DNA of 32,000 nucleotides from Ignisphaera sp. (GTDB lineage Archaea; Thermoproteota; Thermoprotei_A; Sulfolobales; Ignisphaeraceae). A program made the position numbers and the translations under genes. This document shows positions 26,726-32,000 of this stretch, in pieces. The notes under the pieces were generated by a model. The model was not told the origin of the DNA, did not search any database, and saw only the letters and a program-made list of their open reading frames with translations. The DNA is taken from NCBI GenBank assembly GCA_038821645.1, contig JAWBDT010000003.1, positions 75,192 to 107,191 on the forward strand, read 5' to 3'. Numbering within the stretch: the stretch's first letter is position 1; each line of letters opens with the position of its first letter.

Positions 26726-27712
26726 GTGATGGTGGTTTTAGAGACTAGAGGATTAAAAGCTTACTACATCCTACGCAAGGGTACAGTAAAAGCTGTTGAT
26801 AATGTAGATCTTATAGTAAATGAGAAAAGTATTGTAGGTATTGTTGGTGAATCTGGATGTGGTAAATCAACATTAGCAAAAACTTTAGCACTCGATATAG
26901 TTCCACCACTTAAACTTATTGACGGTAGGATAGTTATAGACGGTATTGATGTTACAGAAATGCCTCTTAATCAAGCTAGAAAAAAGATAGCTGGAGTTAA
27001 AGTTTCTATAATACCGCAATCAGCTATGAATGCTCTAGTGCCTACAGTCAAGATAAAGAACTTTATAGTTGATGTATTGTCGGAGAAAATCAGTATTGAT
27101 TCAGAGAAGATAATAGAACTAGCAGAAAAAAGACTAAAGGAGCTAAACTTACCAGTAGAAAGTTTGAATATGTATCCCTTCGAACTTTCGGGTGGTATGA
27201 GACAAAGAATACTAATAGCATTAGCAACACTACTTAATCCATCGCTACTGATAGCTGATGAACCAACATCAGCATTGGACGTATCAACACAAAAAATAGT
27301 GCTCTCCACAATGCACAGCATTTTCATAAAAGGATTGGTGAAGAGTATTCTATTCATATCACATGACATAGCTACTGTAAGGCAGATTGCTGATAGGATC
27401 GTAGTTATGTATGCAGGTAAAATAGTTGAAGATGGTCCAACAGAAGAAATCATACATAACCCATTACATCCATACTCTAAAGCACTTATGTTCTCGATAC
27501 TCACACCAGAAATACAGATAGTAGAAAGAGTAAAAAAAGCACTCACACTAGCATTAGCTGGTGAACCTCCGAGCCTAATAAATCCTCCACCTGGTTGTAG
27601 ATTTCATCCAAGATGTCCCTTCGCTATGGATATATGTAGAAGAGAAGAACCAAAACTTGAAAAACTAGAACAGAATAGATATGCTGCATGTTGGTTATAT
27701 CTAAAGAGATGA
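26726..27712 (+). CDS. ABC transporter ATP-binding protein, OppD/DppD-like, with a C-terminal Cys-rich oligopeptide-type domain
   Basis: Walker A GESGCGKST, signature LSGGMRQR, Walker B LLIADEPTSALD and H-loop SHD. C-terminal GCRFHPRCPFAMDIC...AACW. GAGGTGA Shine-Dalgarno-like motif at 26715-26721. Confidence 0.92.
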   Translation: MMVVLETRGLKAYYILRKGTVKAVDNVDLIVNEKSIVGIVGESGCGKSTLAKTLALDIVPPLKLIDGRIVIDGIDVTEMPLNQARKKIAGVKVSIIPQSAMNALVPTVKIKNFIVDVLSEKISIDSEKIIELAEKRLKELNLPVESLNMYPFELSGGMRQRILIALATLLNPSLLIADEPTSALDVSTQKIVLSTMHSIFIKGLVKSILFISHDIATVRQIADRIVVMYAGKIVEDGPTEEIIHNPLHPYSKALMFSILTPEIQIVERVKKALTLALAGEPPSLINPPPGCRFHPRCPFAMDICRREEPKLEKLEQNRYAACWLYLKR

Positions 27713-27722
27713 GGTAATACAT

Positions 27723-28529
27723 ATGGCTCTACTTAACATTAAAAACCTAACGAAAATCTATAGATCTGGCTTAATTACACACAAATTAATCCTAGCTGTA
27801 GACAATGTGAATTTTGATATAAAGGAGGGCGAAATAGTATCTCTCGTAGGTGAAAGCGGGTCAGGTAAAACAACAACAGCAAGAATTATTCTAAGGTTAT
27901 TAAAACCTACATCAGGTTCCATAGTCTTTATGGGTAAAGATATATGGCGTGATCTTAAATCAAAAAATGATCTTAAGTGGTATTGGAGAAATGTTAATGG
28001 AGTTTTTCAGGATCCTTTCTCCTCATTTAATCCAACACATAGAATCAGAGACGATCTATTAAGAGTTTTCAACCTATTTGAGCATAACTATGATAATGAA
28101 ACAAAAATGAACTTAGTTAGAGAAGCTCTACAATCAGTTGGACTTATACCAGAAGAAGTTCTCGAACGAAGACCTTTCGAGCTCTCTGGAGGTATGAGGC
28201 AAAGGATACTGATAGCCAGAATATTTCTAATAAAGCCAAAGCTGGTAATAGCTGATGAACCTACAAGTATGATAGATGCTACACTAAGACTCAATATACT
28301 AAATCTATTCACGAGACTTAGAGAAGAATTGAAAACATCGATAATGTTTATAACACACGATCTAGGACTAGCCACATATGTAAGTGATAGAATATTGGTT
28401 ATGTATAAAGGTAGAATAGTTGAAGAAGGAACTCCAGAGGAAATCCTTAACAATCCAAAACATGAGTATACACAAAACCTACTAAACTCAGTACCAAAAC
28501 TCTATACCTCATGGTTCAAACAGTTATGA
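27723..28529 (+). CDS. ABC transporter ATP-binding protein, OppF/DppF-like
   Basis: Walker A GESGSGKTT, signature LSGGMRQR, Walker B LVIADEPTSMID and H-loop THD. Lacks the C-terminal Cys cluster. Confidence 0.92.
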   Translation: MALLNIKNLTKIYRSGLITHKLILAVDNVNFDIKEGEIVSLVGESGSGKTTTARIILRLLKPTSGSIVFMGKDIWRDLKSKNDLKWYWRNVNGVFQDPFSSFNPTHRIRDDLLRVFNLFEHNYDNETKMNLVREALQSVGLIPEEVLERRPFELSGGMRQRILIARIFLIKPKLVIADEPTSMIDATLRLNILNLFTRLREELKTSIMFITHDLGLATYVSDRILVMYKGRIVEEGTPEEILNNPKHEYTQNLLNSVPKLYTSWFKQL

Positions 28530-28562
28530 ACCACTTCTACACCCTACATACTTTCATCAATA

Positions 28563-28570
28563 TTTTTAAA
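28563..28570 (+). promoter_or_regulatory. Candidate internal TATA box for the substrate-binding protein gene
   Basis: TTTTTAAA lies about 47 nt upstream of the ATG at 28614. GGGGTGA Shine-Dalgarno-like motif at 28598-28604. Confidence 0.4.
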
Positions 28571-28613
28571 GAAAACTCATAATAATATAGTTACTCTGGG
28601 GTGAAGTGTAAAT

Positions 28614-30677
28614 ATGAAAAACAAAATGTTTATGGTATCATTAATCCTATTGCTAGCACTAGCACTAATATTGCCTACTCTCTCACCCATCCTCTATGCA
28701 CAAGAATTTCCACGAGATCAAACAGCAATAATATCACAACAATGGGGAACCCCTGGAGGTTTCAATCCATTAGTTTCTGGAAGATACGCTTGGGGTACAG
28801 ATATACTGATGTATCCTAGACCCTTTGTCTATGGACCCTACTCTGACGACTTTGTACCTTATCTAGCTACAAGCTTTAGATGGGTAGATCAATACACATT
28901 AGAAATTACTTTAAAGACAGATGCTTACTGGTCTGATGGAACACCCATTACTGCTGCTGATGTTGTATGGTCATTTGAAGTAAACAAGTTATGTTCAACA
29001 GCTGGAAGCTATATATGGAACTATATATTAGCTGTAGAAGCAGTTAACCCACAGACAGTCAGATTCCATATAAATAGAACCAATGTTAACTACTATAGAA
29101 TAGTAGATGTACTTACATGGCTTATTCTACCTAAGCATAGATGGGAAAGATTATACAATGAAATGGGCTGCAAAATAGCTACAGAGTTTATGGATACAGA
29201 ATTCGATAAAATTGTTGTAGGAGGTCCATATAGACCTGTTTACTGGGTTGGAGATACATGGGTCTATGAAAGAATTGATAATTGGTGGGGTAGGGAATAC
29301 TTTGGGTTACCTGCACCTAAATATGTAATGCACATATCACCTAAGAGCGATGAACAGGTAAGACTCGAATGGATACAAGGAAACAGAGACCATATGTCCC
29401 ACTTTGTTGATAGATTATGGGAGATAATTGCGACAGATCCAACAAAAGGAACATTCGATAACAAGAACTGTCCACCTTGTATGTTCGGAGGTAGCGTTGT
29501 ATTCTTTGCATTCAATCTAGAGAAATACCCATTTAATGATGTAAGAGTTAGAAAAGCTCTATACTACGTTATGCTTGCAAACAACATGGAAGCACTTAAA
29601 AAAGCTTCTGAAGCTGCTTTCTCAGGTTACCTTATTCCCGCAAGAATATATCCTGTTCCTATAATACCTCTTCTCGAAAGAACAGAAAAGTATCTAGCTA
29701 AAGATCTCATAGAGAGCTTTTTGAAAGAAGCTACAATAGAGAATGCTAAAAAGTTGCTTGATGAAGCTGGTATAATTGATAGAAATGGTGATGGGATTAG
29801 GGAGCTACCTGATGGAACATCATTCAGATTCTCAATACTAGTTCCAGCAGGTTGGGTGCCAGTAATAGGTTCAGCAACAGTATTTGCAGAAATATGGAGA
29901 AAAGAACTAGGAGTAGATGTTATAGTTGATCAGAAAGATTTCAGCGTAGTATGGGATAAAGTTAGTAAAGGAGATTATGAAGCTACATGGTGGTTGCATA
30001 GCACGAGAATGGGTCCAGCTTCACCATGGATAAACTTTGATGTAGCTATGGACTCAAGGTTACCAACAAATCCATGGGGAGGACCCATATCTAGGTACAA
30101 GAACCCTGTAGCTGATTGGTTGCTAGACGAAATTGGTAGAACATGGGATGAAAGCAGAAGGGCATATCTCTATAGACTGTTGCAAGAGATATGGCTTAGA
30201 GATTTACCATTCCTTATATTTGGTCAAGATCCTCACTGGTACCAGTATTCTGAACAATACTGGGTTGGATGGCCAAACATAGACAGAATAAACAAGTATG
30301 GAGCATTCTATGCCACAAACTGGGATCCAGGATTCCTATTCGTTCTCTTCCAGATCAAATCATCTAAAGAGATTTCACCAGGAGCTGATGTGGATACTGT
30401 TCCAGAGTTCCTAAAGCCACATAATAGAATACCAGCTTCCGTATTCTTTGATGAACTTCAGAAGGTTGCAGGAGTTGTAGCTCCAGTAACAGTTACCGTT
30501 ACACAAGCTGCAGCAACTGTAACAACAACATTGATATCTACAAAGACAGAAGTGAGAACCTCTGTTGTAACAACTACAACAGAAGTAACCGTTACTGATT
30601 GGACAATGACTATAGCAATAGGTGTAGTGTTACTTATCGTTGGTTTAGCTATAGGTTGGTTCATTAAGAAGAAGTAA
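28614..30677 (+). CDS. ABC transporter substrate-binding protein (family 5, OppA/DppA class; probably sugar or oligosaccharide binding) with a Thr-rich stalk and C-terminal TM anchor
   Basis: Signal peptide MKNKMFMVSLILLLALALILPTLSPILYA. A large family-5 SBP body (W-rich; blocks such as WSDGTPITAADVVWSF). Thr/Val-rich segment at 30477-30602, then a hydrophobic helix plus KKK at 30603-30674. Confidence 0.9.
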   Translation: MKNKMFMVSLILLLALALILPTLSPILYAQEFPRDQTAIISQQWGTPGGFNPLVSGRYAWGTDILMYPRPFVYGPYSDDFVPYLATSFRWVDQYTLEITLKTDAYWSDGTPITAADVVWSFEVNKLCSTAGSYIWNYILAVEAVNPQTVRFHINRTNVNYYRIVDVLTWLILPKHRWERLYNEMGCKIATEFMDTEFDKIVVGGPYRPVYWVGDTWVYERIDNWWGREYFGLPAPKYVMHISPKSDEQVRLEWIQGNRDHMSHFVDRLWEIIATDPTKGTFDNKNCPPCMFGGSVVFFAFNLEKYPFNDVRVRKALYYVMLANNMEALKKASEAAFSGYLIPARIYPVPIIPLLERTEKYLAKDLIESFLKEATIENAKKLLDEAGIIDRNGDGIRELPDGTSFRFSILVPAGWVPVIGSATVFAEIWRKELGVDVIVDQKDFSVVWDKVSKGDYEATWWLHSTRMGPASPWINFDVAMDSRLPTNPWGGPISRYKNPVADWLLDEIGRTWDESRRAYLYRLLQEIWLRDLPFLIFGQDPHWYQYSEQYWVGWPNIDRINKYGAFYATNWDPGFLFVLFQIKSSKEISPGADVDTVPEFLKPHNRIPASVFFDELQKVAGVVAPVTVTVTQAAATVTTTLISTKTEVRTSVVTTTTEVTVTDWTMTIAIGVVLLIVGLAIGWFIKKK

Positions 30678-30704
30678 GAATCTGTATTACGTTACATCAA
30701 TTCA

Positions 30705-30710
30705 TTTTTT
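30705..30710 (+). terminator. Oligo-T tract after the SBP gene
   Basis: T6 run about 28 nt downstream of the TAA stop. Confidence 0.3.
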
Positions 30711-30806
30711 AATTCCTAATTGTGTTAATTACACAGATTTCTATGATTTCATTAAGAGTACATTTTTATAGTAGTTCACAACATTTAACTGGATGGGTTA
30801 AGAAAT

Positions 30807-31796
30807 ATGGGGATAAAGTTTTCCACAGGAATATGGGTTTTTGGGGCAGGTGTAGAACGTTTTGCACCCACGGGATATAAGGTAGCTAAAGATATCGTAG
30901 ATCTAGTACATGAAGCAGCTAGAGTCGATGATCTTAAAGGACTAGAGTTTCACTATCCTACAGAAGTTAATGAAGGTAATGTTAAAGATGTTAGAGATGC
31001 TCTATCAGGTCACGGTATTGAGGCTGTTGGTATAGCTCCAGTACTTTCTCAAGAAGCTCAATGGGCTCGAGGAGCTCTTTCGGCACTTGATGAAAATACT
31101 AGGAGAAAGGCTATAGATAGGTGCAAGAAGGCTATAGATATTGCTAGAGAACTTGGAGCAAAAATACTTATCATATGGCCTGGTAGAGAAGGTTTTGACT
31201 TTCCCCTCACAACAGATTATAGAAAGTTATGGAACAACTACGTTTCAGCGATAAGGGAAATAGCAGAATATGGTTCAGATCTAAAGGTGGCACTAGAATA
31301 TAAGATAGAGGATCCAGCGAGCTACCTTCTTCATGGTTCAGCCGCTAGAGCTCTAACAACAATACTTGAGCTGAAGGCTGAAGGAATAAATAATGTGGGT
31401 ATAAATGTTGAATTTGCACATGCAAAACTAGCAAAAGAATATGTACCCGAGACTATAGTCCTTATATCCAGATATAGAGCTCTGTATCATCTACATCTAA
31501 ACGACATATTCACAGAAGTAGATCTGGATCTCTTTCCTGCGAGTGTACATCTACTAGAATTCATTGAATTACTCTACTGGCTACACGAGATAGGATACGA
31601 TGGTTGGTATGGACTAGATTTATTTCCAAGATATCTAGATGCAGCTGAAATGGTTAAACAGAGTATATACAACATTAAAGCACTTTATAATGCTTTAGAG
31701 AAAGTTGGTTGGAACAAGATAAGAAAAACTATAGAAATGAATAATCCTATAGAATCTCAGAAGCTTTTAAGAGAAATTCTTGGTGCATATATCTAA
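30807..31796 (+). CDS. Xylose-isomerase-like TIM-barrel sugar isomerase, candidate L-rhamnose isomerase of the RhaI / xylose-isomerase-like type
   Basis: Collinear with class I xylose isomerase blocks: KFSTGIWVFG (FTFGLWTVG), WPGREG (WGGREG), EYKIEDP (EPKPNEP), NVEFAHAKL (NPEVGHEQM), HLHLND (HIDLND), DLDL (DQDL) and LDLFP (FDFKP). All metal-ligand and catalytic positions appear retained. At 329 aa it lacks the C-terminal extension. Confidence 0.8.
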   Translation: MGIKFSTGIWVFGAGVERFAPTGYKVAKDIVDLVHEAARVDDLKGLEFHYPTEVNEGNVKDVRDALSGHGIEAVGIAPVLSQEAQWARGALSALDENTRRKAIDRCKKAIDIARELGAKILIIWPGREGFDFPLTTDYRKLWNNYVSAIREIAEYGSDLKVALEYKIEDPASYLLHGSAARALTTILELKAEGINNVGINVEFAHAKLAKEYVPETIVLISRYRALYHLHLNDIFTEVDLDLFPASVHLLEFIELLYWLHEIGYDGWYGLDLFPRYLDAAEMVKQSIYNIKALYNALEKVGWNKIRKTIEMNNPIESQKLLREILGAYI

Positions 31797-31941
31797 AACA
31801 TCTGGACTATACATTACCTTTCATAATATTTTTATAATATTCTACCGACATAAATGAAAATATTTTTATACCTACCTATATCATTTTACTTTGCTTTGGT
31901 GAAACACTATTTATCACAAGATCAAAGAAATCATCAAAAAA

Positions 31942-32000
31942 ATGAGTATAGAGGAAAAAATTGCTCAGCTGACCTCGATATTTGTTGATGATCTTATCGA
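31942..32000 (+). CDS. 5' end of a possible GH3-family glycosidase (partial, runs off the window end)
   Basis: MSIEEKIAQLTSIFVDDLI resembles the (L/I)EEKI(G/A)QL N-terminal motif common in GH3 beta-glucosidases and xylosidases. Only 19 codons are visible. Confidence 0.3.
   Translation, partial: MSIEEKIAQLTSIFVDDLI

Noticed and set aside
26971-27546. 191-aa minus-strand ORF, and a similar 121-aa ORF at 28088-28453.
   Set aside because: Both are antisense to ABC ATPase genes that have complete Walker A, signature and Walker B motifs. They are compositional artefacts.

Overview
Visibly AT-rich chromosomal segment from a hyperthermophilic archaeon. The taxonomic call rests on a full-length reverse gyrase, ribosomal protein S25e, a fused ThiD-ThiN, a TrpB2-type tryptophan synthase beta chain, an archaeal class I (DhnA) aldolase and an Aeropyrum-like peroxiredoxin. 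Together these point to Thermoproteota, possibly Desulfurococcales-like; that is inference, not proven. I see no rRNA, tRNA, CRISPR array or transposase.

Positions 1 to about 20.2 kb are densely packed housekeeping genes: GMP synthase subunit B, a tRNA-binding protein, the TldD/PmbA pair, ThiDN, peroxiredoxin, a radical SAM protein, a PfkB kinase plus class I aldolase, TrpB2, TrmI, an RHH regulator, S25e and reverse gyrase.

Positions 20.3 to 32 kb form a carbohydrate uptake and catabolism island. It holds a broken GH12-like surface glycosidase, ribokinase, a clear rhamnulokinase orthologue, a five-gene Opp/Dpp-class ABC transporter, a compact xylose-isomerase-like enzyme and the start of a possible GH3 gene.

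The main things worth a second look:
1. A nitrilase-superfamily ORF whose catalytic Glu and Cys positions are both replaced and whose catalytic Lys block is unrecognisable. It overlaps the 3' end of reverse gyrase.
2. A decayed tldD copy hidden in the 655-bp gap upstream of the radical SAM gene. It includes a 30-nt stretch identical to the intact tldD 4 kb away.
3. A GH12-like gene split by a frameshift at a G4 run plus an in-frame TAG.
4. A bacterial-style isomerase/kinase (phosphorylative) rhamnose gene set in an archaeon.

No complete, obviously novel multi-gene system (defence, toxin-antitoxin, RiPP) can be demonstrated from the sequence alone.
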